Below, in pieces: positions 14,069 through 26,494 of a DNA stretch of 64,000 nucleotides; within the stretch, counting starts at the first letter, position 1, and every line of letters begins with the position of its first letter. A model generated the notes under the pieces. The model was not told where the DNA came from. It did no database searches and worked only from the letters and a program-made list of their open reading frames with translations. Location: assembly GCF_041956535.1 (NCBI RefSeq), contig NW_027192202.1, positions 257,723 to 321,722 on the forward strand. The letters are read 5' to 3'. The position numbers and the translations under genes are program-made. Origin of the DNA: Calcarisporiella thermophila CBS 279.70. Taxonomy: Eukaryota; Fungi; Calcarisporiellomycota.

Positions 14069-16809
14069 ATGAGCCTTAGCAGATCCTCTCCGCTGCCAGG
14101 GAGTTCCTTTGGGGAGAAAGTGGTAGTTACAGAAGCTGAAATCGGGTTTGCGCAAGAAAACCAAGCACAGCCTAACACTAGTTCAAGCTCTAAACAAGAA
14201 AAGGCTAGCGTAACTACTTACATCAACTCGGGTCTCACCGACCAATCTCGAAAGGAAATCTCTCAATCGTCCGAGGCCATCCAAACATGTCCAGAGGAAG
14301 ATCTCCAGATTCAAAAAGATGTCGAAGCGCGAAACTCCTCCTTATCCAGCTTCAGCCAAATATACAGGAAAACTATAGTGCCGGATGAGCTTATTATACA
14401 AGACATTATCGAGTCCAAAAATGCAATTGATCTTTACATCAGCGGGTATTGTTGCGAAGCGGAAGCAATATTACTTCGACATTATAGAAAACGCCTGTAT
14501 TCAACGCTCAGTTATTCTGTGGTTCTTACGTTTCGTGCGCTCATGACATTTCATGAGGATGACATGGAGCGCGCTGCAAACGCATTTGAGGCCGCGTTTG
14601 CTATTGCCAAGTCGATGCGGAAATCAAATAAACCGCCCTGGGCTGAAATACTCTGGCGCGGGCCTACCGTGAAAGATTTAAAATCATTCACTATGAGCGA
14701 ACGTCATGGAGTAATTATTCCTCCGCCTCGCTATGAAATCATGAAAAGAATAATAACTCCTTAATTTTTGATTTTGGATGATAGGAGTTGGTCTATGCAG
14801 AAACACGTCTATTCTTGGCTGGGAGAAATTTTCACTTGAAAAATAGAAAACGCGACTTGCTCAAGCTGTTATATTCTATAAAATGCGCCCAGACAATTTA
14901 CTCATCCCTGCAGAAGTTCATCGAGGAAATAGAGCAAGAGGCGGATAATGGGGTTGACATTTCAAAGTACAACATCGATAAGGAATTCTCTCATGGGATT
15001 GCTCTGGTAATCCGACTCTGGATTTGTAGCAGCAAAACCTAGCGGATGAACATCTAACCTTATCCGTACATATTTCTAATACAGGGAGTAGGATTCCAAA
15101 ACGTCCTGTTCTCTTTCACAGAGAAAATCAGGCCTAAATGGTCTTCGTTTGTGGGCCTTGTAGGAGATCGTGAGTTTGGGCTTATGACCCTAAGTGCGAT
15201 AGGCAGTGCGCAAGAAGAGGTTGAAAATATGCCGCTGCTCGCGCGCGCAGCTCGTCGTGGAGATGGGATATCTCTGCGCAAGATCTTCTGTGATATTTTG
15301 CTGGCCGCCTATCACTTTTTGTTATCGAGCTTTATCCCCAATCCGAACTTTAATCTCAACACCGCAATTAAGTTGGCCAAAAATTTAAATCAGCTCAACC
15401 CACACTCATTGTTTTACCTCACCTTGATTGGTAAAGTTTACCAAATGAGCAGAGACACCGATACCGCCTTGAGGGTTTACAACTTCATATTCCGCGCATC
15501 CAAGGAAGAGAGAATATGGCTCCATGTCACACATTGGGAGGCATTTCTCTGCTACTGCTCAAAGTTAGACTGGGTCAAGGCACTACGCCCCATTAGTACA
15601 TTAGCACAAGAGAGTATGTGGTCGAACGCTGGGTATCTCTACCACAAGGCCGTGGTGATGTACACTCTTGGACATGAGGCAAGCGAGGTGGAGGAGGTGA
15701 TGCAAACTATTCAACACTTGGTATCGAAAGACTGGTTTCTGAAAATCCCAATCGAGGTATTTTCTATCTCCATATTCGTTTCCATTGCCCCCTCCCTTTT
15801 CCTTGCCTCGATGAAGCGCATGCATATAGGTTGCTAAAGATGTGTACTTGCTCTTTAATTCAAATAGAAATTCGTTGCAAGGAAAGCCCGCAAATTTATA
15901 TTGCAAGGCTACCGTCTCTTTCTCCCCTTGCATGAACTCCTCTACATTTGGCATGTCTACGATCTTATGGATATCCCGGAGCTGCATATGTGTCTTGAAT
16001 TAATCACCAACGAAATCGATTGGCTTGAACACTTACTTAGACGTGGTGTCCGATCTATCCCTACTAAAAAAGAGAAATCCAACCGGAAACAATTCCTGGC
16101 TTCTCCACCTGAGGATGGGCAAGACGCATATCCCGGCAATGACAACAACACCTATGTTAATTTTTGGGATGACTATTGCCTCGGCTACCTACTGAAGGGG
16201 GTGGTGGCTAATCGGCTCGCCTTTCGCCCAAGAAGAGATGCCAATACCCTTCCACCCTATCCAGCCTACTACAAACTGGCTCTTCAGGCATTCGATAAAA
16301 CGCTTGCGCAGGGTTCCAAGATCGCGCTTGATCACTATATATTTTATTTCGCCAGCTTTGAGCGCGCTCGCACCCTCATGTACTTGGGAGACATTGGTGA
16401 TGCCATGAGCGAGCTTCACGCTTTGCGTAAGAACCTGAACTTGCCCCAAACGCACGGGAAGTACTCGTTTAGGAAACTCCTTATGTTTCAGATTGAAAAC
16501 GTGCTATTCGAATTACAAGAGCTGCGGGAAGCGATACAGCGCGATGGGGAGGAAGTCTTCATCACCTCAAATACCCCACCCAATCCTCGATCGAATCCGA
16601 CGGATGTGTTCTTGAGGAGGAAGAGTGTGGGGAGTTGGAAGAGGGATCCGCGACACCGCGTTCTCACCGCTTCCATCAGCGAGTATTTCCGCAAGAAGGT
16701 GAAGGAAAAGGATGAACTGCACGAGAACCTCCCCGATATCGGAGACGTGAGTAGGCGTTATTTGCAGAGTCGGCGTTACTCGTCAAAAAAGGGCCCGGGG
16801 ATCTTATAA
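14069..16809 (+). CDS. IML2/TTC39-family TPR protein (multi-exon; start approximate)
   Basis: ALMTFHEDDMERAANA, GLVGDREFGL, WEAFLCY, ESMWSNAGYLYHKA, KIPIE|KFVARKA, DHYIFYFASFE, GKYSF..LLMFQI follow the TTC39/Iml2 pattern. Confidence 0.8.
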
Positions 16810-17307
16810 ACACTGCGCTGCTATGGCTGTCGTCGGTCCTCATTCTTCTTTGCCATGTAGCACTAAGCTCTACTGTATATAGTCCCTGACGAAAAGGAGA
16901 CTAACTATTGTAAAATTGCTTGTACGAATTAATACGCATATTCGCTTCCAGGATCGCCGAGAAGTTTTATTTTTTTTCCTTTTTTTGCATTTTCATTAGA
17001 GAAGGATTAAGAGTAATATCCGCACATACTGGGTGGATCCATATAGGTCCATGTACAAAAGGATAGTCTCGCTGTATTTTTAATTGTCAATGAAGGTAGA
17101 TATCACGAAATAAATAATAAATAAATAGTGAGATTAGAACAATAATAAATAGAAAGAGAATGTACAATTTGGTAAAGCAACATGGGCCCGGTGAGAAAAG
17201 TAGAGACAAAATGGAAAATGTACAAGGAGACTTGGTGGTAAAGCGCGACTCTTCTATATTAGGCCCCGTCGACCCCAGCTTCTCTCTTCTTCTTTCCCTC
17301 TATTGGT

Positions 17308-18102
17308 TTACAAATGCCCTTCAGCAATGGTAAGCATGTCCTGTAACATTCTACCATCTCTATGTTTGATGTCATTGAGAGCTCCTGCTTCGTCAACAAG
17401 CTCGTCGAATCCTAATCCGAGGGGACGGAAGGTTGCGGTGACGCGCCTCGATCCATTTTCTCCTCCATGGAATTCCCAAACCACTTGCCTCACACCATGT
17501 TGTACATTTCCCCACATTACCGGTAGTGCCGTCCGGAGCTGCTTCATGATTTCCTTTATGTGGCCAGCCACGTGCGTATCCATCTCTTCCACCAAGGCAT
17601 TTGCCCGAGTTCGTAAGCACTGAGAGATATGCGTGGAGGAAGTGCACCGCGCAAGAAGCATTTCTTCTATCGCCTGGGCGAGCGGCGATGCAAATAGTGG
17701 AGAAGCTGCCAAGACGAGGGGAATTTTGTCCTTGACATAGGTGTCCACCGCGCCAGAAACTTGCTTTGAGAATACATCCAAATCCAGATCATAAAAATCG
17801 GCCTGGGACCGGTCATCCAGATGGGCCTGCTTCTGCTGTGGTTGTTCGTCAGCTGGGTATAATGAGGGAGGAGTCGAAGTGTAGTTGACTTGGATGGATT
17901 CTCGAAACTGCGCCCCCACACGACCCGTAATCTTTTGGAAAGTGGTCTCGAGAATTTCTAGGTAGTGGTTTGCAATATACGAGGCGAGTTGGTGCGTGTC
18001 CAGGGTGCGAGGCTCATCATACAGAGTAATGCGGGACAAATCGATGGGAGAAGTCTGGGCGAGAATCGGGATGATGAAGAGGACCCAGAGCACCAGTATC
18101 AT
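17308..18102 (-). CDS. Secreted hypothetical protein (264 aa)
   Basis: Uninterrupted ORF with a hydrophobic signal peptide (MILVLWVLFIIPILA|Q) and a C-x7-C pair; no family recognised. Confidence 0.7.
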   Translation of the reverse strand: MILVLWVLFIIPILAQTSPIDLSRITLYDEPRTLDTHQLASYIANHYLEILETTFQKITGRVGAQFRESIQVNYTSTPPSLYPADEQPQQKQAHLDDRSQADFYDLDLDVFSKQVSGAVDTYVKDKIPLVLAASPLFASPLAQAIEEMLLARCTSSTHISQCLRTRANALVEEMDTHVAGHIKEIMKQLRTALPVMWGNVQHGVRQVVWEFHGGENGSRRVTATFRPLGLGFDELVDEAGALNDIKHRDGRMLQDMLTIAEGHL

Positions 18103-18703
18103 TATGAAGAGCCCGAGAAAAAGAAGGGGATGGAATAGTGGTATAGCCTCGAAAGGGGATAGGTATAGAATACTAAAGAATGGAAGCTCACCGAGGGAAG
18201 AACATAAATAAGGGAATCGAATGGCCAGCTAGTAATGAGTGAGGAAACGGATGGAAAGCGCAACAAAACACGAGGAAACAACAAAGGCTACAAACTCTAG
18301 CGATAAACAACGATCAGATTCTAATGGGCCGTACCAGGTTACACCCCATAACGCTAAAAGAAAATCAGAACGTGGCGAGGCTCCCAACTTCTTAAAAATA
18401 GCCTTGGTCGTGCAAAATTTTGCACCTCCACTCTCAGCCATAGCCTCGAAATAAACTCGCACTGTGGCCTTGGATGGATTGCCTAAGAAAGCCACACGGA
18501 GGGCGTGATTTTGGAGGAAATTCGAGCAAGTTTGTGTTAGGTTGCAAGGCATTTCGCACTACTAGCCGACTCGTGGATTAGGATCTGATATTATTCATTT
18601 AGAAGGTGAAAAAACAATGGAAAATGATAAACAAAGAGTTGTGGAAGCACTCTTTTTTTATAAAAAAATCTTGCATGAAATAAGTAAAATGTCTTATGCA
18701 TGT

Positions 18704-19126
18704 TTATAGGGAGAAGAACGCCGCACCCAAGGCAATAATTCCATATACCGCTGGCTCAAATCTTGAGCCGGCGCTGGTTCCGACAACACTTGGACGGGCA
18801 GCGAGGGAAGAGGATGCACTGGCGGCCGAGGAGATGGCGCTCGACGCAGAGGTAGCGACGGAGCTGGCAGAAGTGGCGGCGGACAAGGCAGACGAGGCGG
18901 CGGAGGTCGCGCTCTCCAGGGCAGAGGATGCGCTCACTAGAGCACTCGTCGCCGAGGCTGAGGCAGACTCAATCGAGGTGGCCTGCGAGCTCACAGCGGA
19001 GTCTGAGGCTGAGGCGGAAGCAGAGATGGGGTTAGACGCGGACGCGGACGACGCAGAAGTGGTGCCCAAGGCGTAGACGGAGAGCGCAAGCGCAAAGAGA
19101 GCAAAAACAAAGCAAACGAACTTCAT
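18704..19126 (-). CDS. Small Ser/Ala-rich secreted, probably GPI-anchored cell-surface protein
   Basis: Signal peptide MKFVCFVFALFALALSVYA, S/A-rich body, SAG omega-like site followed by hydrophobic C-terminus; TATA-like TATATA just upstream near 19230. Confidence 0.85.
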   Translation of the reverse strand: MKFVCFVFALFALALSVYALGTTSASSASASNPISASASASDSAVSSQATSIESASASATSALVSASSALESATSAASSALSAATSASSVATSASSAISSAASASSSLAARPSVVGTSAGSRFEPAVYGIIALGAAFFSL

Positions 19127-19878
19127 GTCTGATCAAGCAAAGGAAAGATTGAGACTGGATGGCAGGCCAGGAGATAGAAGAGAATTAACTAGAGAACAAG
19201 ACAAGCTAGAGGAGGTGTCGGGTGCCTTATATATTCACCCGCTTCATAGTTCAAATAACTTCCATATACAAGGCATGGATGCAGGATGCTTGACAACCGC
19301 GATGGGCCAGCAAATGGAAAGGGATCGCTGAGCGTTTTATTATTAAGTTTGCAATTCGGAGTTGGCCATTCTTGCATCATTATGTCTTCTGCTTTTGAAT
19401 CCTGTTGCAGTGAGGTTAGAATGCGTCGATCGATAATTCGAGCATTGCACCCAGACCAGAGAGGGAAAGGGGGGGGGAGGGAGGAGAAGGTGGGAAAAGG
19501 CCAAGATTTGCAACATGTTTGCAACGAGTTTTTCTCGTTTTTGTTTTGGCTTGACCCGAGGGTTTTAATTAGTTCTACTCAATGATGCAAGCTTGAATCG
19601 GGCCTCAATTTAGCGCTTCTTATATTTCTTAAATTAGTGATAGTGATTGTCTCAATTAATTTAAACCGCCCTTGGAGCCAGTTCTATCTCGTTCTTGATC
19701 TTAGTCCTATTCAGGAGTAGGGGGAATGCGCAGTTTGCGCAATTATTTATATCTCCATAAGAAGAGTGAAAAAAGCCAAGAAGATGATGCCCGTAGGGCC
19801 GCCCACAAAATGACAATTAAATAGGGAAGGCAGGTTGGTGCTATAAATAAAAGAAATATAAAGCAGGCACACAAGCCA

Positions 19879-20626
19879 TTAGTTCTTGGTACCTTTGTCA
19901 ACCTGAGCCTGATATCCCGCTCAATGGCTGGTACAGACCGAGTCGCCCCGCAAGCCTCACATTGCAAGAAATAGATGTGCGTTTCTCTCGTCAGAATAGT
20001 GTCCGGTGATCTGCAGGTCTTGCATGTCACAAATTCGACGATATAGCGACGCAGGATGTTCTCAATCTACTTCTGCTGGAAGCGTCCCTTGATCACCAGG
20101 CGCCGACTTCCGTCCACCGACCCGCTTGTACCCAACTCAGCAAATAAGGACTGGATAACATGATCGGGAGAGCGATTTATCCTAAGGGTATACATTAGCA
20201 ATATAGTCAGAACAATCCGGTACCATCAATGGAACGTTGTAGCTTCATATGAAAACCAACTCACCTCTTGCAGATATCGTGAAGATTGGCAAAGATGGTT
20301 TGCCTACTGCCTTCTCCAAATACTAGTGGGGGAGACATTGAATGCCGCCGCTTTTCTCCAACAAGCTCGGAGTTGTTATGACCCAATATTTTGAAGAGGC
20401 GGGTGAGCAATTCATGATAAGCATAGTCCCGATTCAACTCGTGGCACGCCCTCTCATTAATCACAATCTTGTTGCCTCCTCATATTTTTTCCCCCACTTT
20501 ATTCGTCCTAAGATCACCTTCAAGGAGAGTAGTCTGAAACTTCCCATGGCTACTATTCTTCTTCTTGGCTCTCCTCTTTCTCATCCCGCTAAAATCAAGT
20601 ATATCCTGTGTTTCTGGGATGAGTGG
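19879..20626 (-). pseudogene. Degenerate tandem duplicate of eIF2 beta
   Basis: Collinear with the 3' part of the neighbouring SUI3 and keeps its last intron, but has an in-frame TGA (20482-20480), CAG>TAG (20069-20067) and a 1-nt deletion near 19920. Confidence 0.9.
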
Positions 20627-20897
20627 CTGCGTTTTTGGTTAGTTGTATTATTATTATTATTGTAGGCTCACATTCAGTATGGAAGATGATGGTTTTTATA
20701 CTTCAAAATTAGAGTTGGTGTGATTTCGTGTGATTAATTTTGAGGCTGTTTCTTGCTCTAATTCCCAAGTCAACCTGTGAAGCGGCAAGCATTCCGATAA
20801 AAGTAAAGACCAACCCAAAAAAAAACAAATTAAAAATTGAAGAGGGAAAAAAAGTATATTGTTTTTTAAGCAAAAATAAATGCAGATACACAAGCAA

Positions 20898-22178
20898 TCA
20901 TTTCTTTGGCCGCTTGCCAATCTGGGCCTGATATCCCGTCTTAATGGCGGTGACGGACCGTGTCGACCCGCAAGCCTCGCACTGCATGAAGAAGATACGG
21001 TTTTCTTTCGTCAAAATTGTGTCTGGAGATTTGCAGGTCTTGCACGTCACATATTCGACGATATAGCGACGCAGAATGTTCTCAATCTGCTTCTGCTGGA
21101 AGCGTCCCTTGATCACCAGGCGCTGGCTTCCGTCCACGGACCCACTTGTACCCAACTCAGCAAATAAGAACTGGATAACATGGTCGGGAGAACGATGCAT
21201 TCTGTAGTTAACATTAGAGTTAGTTTCATTCTGTCTCAATATAAAGGGAGCAGACTCTGATGGGAAATCAGCATACCTCTTGCAAATGTCGGGAAGATTG
21301 GCAAAGATGGTTTTCTTGTTGCCTTCGCGGAATACTGATGGGGGGGCGATTGTATATCGTCGCTTTTCCCCGACCAGCTCCGGGTTGTTCTGGCGCAAGA
21401 TTTTGAAGAAGCGTGAGAGCAATTCACGATAAGTATAGTCCCGATCCGACTTAAGCCATGCCTCCTCGTCCACCTCAAACTCATCGCCTTCGCCCTCCTC
21501 CTCTTCTTCTGCTGCGAAATCTCCTTCCTCGCCCTCTTCTTTATCAGCTGCGTCCTCTCCTTCGCGGAGTTCCGCTTCAAATGCCTCCAGATCGATATTC
21601 TTCTTCTTCTTGGGTTTCTTCTTTTTCATCTCACCAAAATCAAGTGACTCATCAGCCGCTGCTTCTCCCTCCTCTTCTCCAGGAAGTGGCTACAAGTGGA
21701 AACAGGGTTTAGAAATAGGAAAAAGAGCAAAAATAAAGGTGGATTTTGTGGGTTTGGAGTAATCACCTCTGATGGTTTCGGTGTTTTCTTCTTCTTTTTC
21801 TTCTTCAAACCAAGGAAATCCATATCCTCCTCTTCGCCCTCAGCGGCTGCTAAGTATTCGATTAGTATGAAAAATCAAGATCAGCACGCATCTCCTTTAT
21901 ATAAACAATAGAACCAATCTTACGCGCTTCAGCATCGTTATTCTCCTCGGGCTTGGATTCCTCTAGATCTTCAGCGAAATCCACATGCTTCTTCGGCTTC
22001 TTTTTCTTCTTTTTCAAAGAGAGATCAAACATCTGTTGGATTAAAAGAACGCCTCAAGTTAGAATTGCATGAGCCCTGATCAAGTCCAATGTGACCCAAT
22101 CCTATGTATTCGTTTCAACCCATTTACCTCTTCCTCAGCTTCGGGATTCTCTATTTTAGGATCGTGCTCTTCTGACAT
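20898..22178 (-). CDS. SUI3: Translation initiation factor eIF2 beta (multi-exon)
   Basis: Three poly-lysine K-boxes, [23 protein letters not shown]2-C2 zinc finger CKTC...CEAC. Confidence 0.97.
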
Positions 22179-22375
22179 AGTGATTGTGCTTTTTATAGGA
22201 TAGATTATGTGAATTACTCAACCACCAAGGGATACAACAACTCTTGTAGAGCAAAAAGAAAACTGGTGCCTATGATGATTTATTTTGAAAAATTTTCCCG
22301 CTGTAAATCCAAGCCACTAAATGCAGCGGCAAATATAATTTCGATTCGCGAAAAATACTAGCTTGAAGAGCCAGC

Positions 22376-23835
22376 ATGAGCAGAGCGTTACTACGGTGTT
22401 TGTCACATAATTTCCATCGAATTAGAGTGAGTACAGGGGTTTTAGTGCCCTTGGCAGCTATTTCGTCGTTAAATGGGCTGCGGCTTTAGATAGCAAGGCA
22501 TAGCTGTGTCATTCCAAACTATGGGCGAACATTTCATACGACCAATGAGCCTCCTTTAACAGAAGAGCAGCGAGGATATCGTGTTTTATTCTTTGGATCC
22601 GATGAATTTGCATTGAGGCATCTCCGGGCCCTCTTGGAAGAGAAAGGTTTAATTACTTTTATCCAAATTTGCCGTGTTTAGCTGTTGTTTATTAGGTTTG
22701 AATAAACAGGGCGAGTCAATGCAGCCATAAAAACATTAGAAATTATCACTCCAGAACCAAAACTGGCCGGGCGCAATTTGAGAAATGCAGTAAAAGGTTT
22801 GATCACTGTCCAGTGCTACCCTAAAATCCCTGGCATCCTTAATACCCCCTTGTACTTATGCAAGTAGTTCCCGTCAGATCATTTGCAGAAGAACAAGGAC
22901 TCATCGTCCACAAAGGTCCTGTCGAAAGCATGAGAGATTTTGTTCTCCCCAAACCTGCCGATTTACCAGGTACCCCGTATGACCTTGGCGTCGTAGTCTC
23001 CTTTGGCTATTTGATCCCGCCAAGAATAACCCGGGCGTTTCGTCTAGGGGCAATCAACGTTCATCCTTCGCTACTGCCAAGATATAGGGGAGCAGCTCCT
23101 ATCCAACACGCAATATTAAATAATGAGATTGAAACTGGTGTGTCCATCCAGGAGCTGGCAGAGGAGTTTGATGCCGGACGAATACTAAAACAAGTCAAAG
23201 TGGTACCGTGTCTTCTAGATCGCTCGAGGTTTAATCGGATAGAAAAAGGCCCAATTAACCTGTTTTTTCTTTTTATTTGATAGCCAATCCCGAAAGACGC
23301 GGCCTTCGACTCTCTTTCTAGGCTCCTTGCAGAGTATGGTGCAAGTGCGCTCGTCGATGTTGTGCAGAATCTCGATCATTATCGAGCCAACTCTATCTCA
23401 CAGGACTCATCCCAAATCACGCACGCTCGAAAGATACAGAAATCAATGTCGGTGGTGGATTGGAAACAAATGGACGCTGACGAAGTGTACCGGTTACATC
23501 GTGCAATAGGGCATCAAGTAGGACGCAAACATGCAATTGCTGTATCCTCTTTGTCAGTACTGATTTTTGTTCTTCTTTAGTTCCCTTTGAGAACCCAATT
23601 TGATGGGAAAACCGTCCAACTCCTCCAGCCTTTTCTCCCTCCAGCTTCCACCCATAATAGTTTCCTTCCTGGCAGTGTCACGCTCACTCCAGATGCTATC
23701 CTTATTACATGTGCTGATGGTTCACAAGTGGGTTTTAGAAAAGTGAAATTTGAAGGACGGGGAGCGATTGGCCCAAAGGACTTTGCGAACGGGTATCTGA
23801 TGAATGGCAAAGAATCGGTGCAGTTCGGGCACTGA
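22376..23835 (+). CDS. FMT1: Mitochondrial methionyl-tRNA formyltransferase (multi-exon)
   Basis: Presequence MSRALLRCLSH..., RVLFFGSDEFA, VVVSFG, INVHPSLLPRYRGAAPIQHAIL, FDAGRIL, C-terminal KDFANGY. Confidence 0.93.
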
Positions 23836-24094
23836 GCCGCGTTGTAATGCAATTACCTGGGAGTTTCTGGGATTCTGAATTTTGTAGTGTCTTCCAAAAT
23901 CATCTTCGAACAATTATACCATGTTTCCGCATCCACAAAATCCTGTTTCTATTCAACTAATCTGAAAATCCCCTGTTATACATGTATGAAAAAAGAGAAG
24001 GGTTCTGTGTATAAAAAAAAGAAGCAGAAGAAAAGATTTAATAAATTAAAAAAAGTTATTTGCTACATAAAAAAAGAAAAAGTGTATGATATGA

Positions 24095-26190
24095 TTATTC
24101 CGAGTCTTCCAGGCGGCTTTCCTTTTGTGCATCCAATAGTTTCCCCTTGGAAACATTTGTGTTCATCCCCTCTCCGTTCTCCGTTGTCCCATACGCCTTA
24201 ATGAGCTCCAGGACTTCGAGGTGCATCTTCTCTACCCCATCTGCCCACAGGAAATCAAGGTGCTCCCACATAGGCATTTTCTTTACTTTGACCGGGGGAG
24301 GTAGATCACGCAAAAGGACGTCGATGTCCACGAGGGAATCCGCAGTACCGTAGAAGATGGCAATAGGCGTCTGAATCTAAATTGGAGAGAATGGAAACAA
24401 CCATTACCATATACCGGAAAAGCCATAACCTTAATTGTATTTCTTACCTGCTGAGTAGGGAATCTATGAGGAGAATGGCCGTCGGCGGTAGAATAGTATG
24501 GTAAGCGAGATGGCATCTCATCGTACATCTTGCATCACGGTAAAGTTTGGTTAGAGTTCAAGAGTCTACATAGTTTTCGGGAAAAAATGTGTCAATGCTC
24601 ACCTGGAATCTTCCAGTGCGAAGGATCTGGAACCAGTGCTAAAAGAAGAAAAAGCATTTCGAGAAATCAGCCAGAATAACTTTAGATTTCACTTCCACTC
24701 CACATACCACAATCGATCGCACGCTGGTGAAGCTGTAGAGGTGTTGATAGGCAACGTTTTTTTGGGCGGGTGTCATGTTACGCCCCGTCCAACCAAAGAG
24801 GAAATTGCAAGACATGTCAATGAGATAAGCGAACAGAGGTGGCGGGAGCACCCGTTGCCAGAAGAGTGCTGCAGACAAAGCGCTCTTACGACCAAAAAGC
24901 AAATAGATTACGGCTGGGGTAGCCTTTACCACCGCATCGATCCAGGCGTTCTCAAGACCATGCGGTGTCTAAGCAGGTCAAATATAACCGAAAAAAAAAG
25001 GAAAAAGTTGAGGAAAAAAAGTTAGCCCACATGATATATGTAAAAGGAAATATGCGGGAAATTTATACCGTAGCAGGTGCAAGGGCAACAAAGAGATTGA
25101 TTTGCTTATTGAGTAGAGGATTAATAGAGAGGGCGGCGAAAGCCATTGCAGTTCCTTGACTGAAGCCTACATAGGAGCAGGAAGGAGCGCCGGTAATCTT
25201 GAGAATATGCTATAAACATAAAAGGTAAAAAAAATCAACGGAATAGCTCCGAATACAGTTCTACTATTTCAGATATTCACATCAATGGTGTCTGGCAGGT
25301 CATACAGCGCAAATTCATCTAGCGAAAATTCCCAGAAAGGCCGAGAGTGCGGTTTGCGCTGCAAATGTTTGAGAGAATATTTATTCCCTCTTAAGTTTCC
25401 TAGCCATACATCATATCTATTGCGAAAAATTTTCTTGTTAATATACTTTTTTTTCAATTTAATAGTGATTAGTGGATGCTTACCCAGCATCCGCCAGGAT
25501 GAACGGCAAATTTTGTTTCTCCTCGGTGCATGCAACCCAGACCTCGCTGTTCATCATAAAGCCGTGCATAAGAAGGACGACCGGTTTTCCGGGGCGTTTG
25601 CCGTTCTCAGCCCTCTGATCAGCATTCTCATTCTTGCCACCTGGAATGCGGAATAGGCCTAGAATGTAGTCATCTCGAGTGGTAACAACGTGGTTCTCAA
25701 CAGGATATCCCCTTTTTAAAGTAGCCATGATTAGTATTATAAAGGCTATGAGAGTTTAGGTAAATTCAAAGAGACTTACCATTTCTTCACCATATCAACG
25801 AAATCCTCAATTACCTCCAACTTCTTTGTCTTGCCCGATGGCCCAGTGCGATATAGCCATGGAAATAGGCTAATGGGTAAAAAAAGGGGATGAGTTAGGA
25901 TCAGCATTGTCAATAAGTAATAGCAAGAGGTTGCGGCATCGAGTAGCTTGTAGCTTACCTCCTAAGGACATTTTCAAACATCTGGATCACAAATTGTGGT
26001 AACAGGGTCACCACAATCCGCAACAAGCCTTCGAGCAGGAGGAAGAAGCTTGCCGCAACGAGCGCCTGCAAAATGTACAATGGGAAATGACGGTCAGATG
26101 ATAACCTGAAACTACTCAACCGCTGACACTGCTAAGCAGCGTTACCTGATAGTCTCGGAACGTCAGTCTATTGAGTATTGGGATAGACAT
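24095..26190 (-). CDS. TGL1: Tgl1/Yeh-type steryl-ester/triglyceride lipase (lysosomal acid lipase family; many exons)
   Basis: N-terminal [50 protein letters not shown], nucleophile [21 protein letters not shown]. Confidence 0.9.
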
Positions 26191-26494
26191 AGTTTAATGG
26201 CGAAAAGAGGGTCAAAAGGCTAACGGTACTACTAGGAGAAACAAAATAGAAACATGTTGAAGGAAAAAATTAAATTCCCTAATTACGCCGGACAGTCACA
26301 AACTCCATATGAAATGATTCCAAAACCTAAACGATTCGGAGACTAAAAGAAATTCGAAGAGTATTTCTATCTTTCTAAAGGCAGAGATGAATCTTGGTAT
26401 ATACTCGAGATATGCAGAAATGTACACACAAAAAAAAAAACATTAAAAACACATCGCCTACAACAGCAATTTTCTAGATTTGATATATAAAGGA

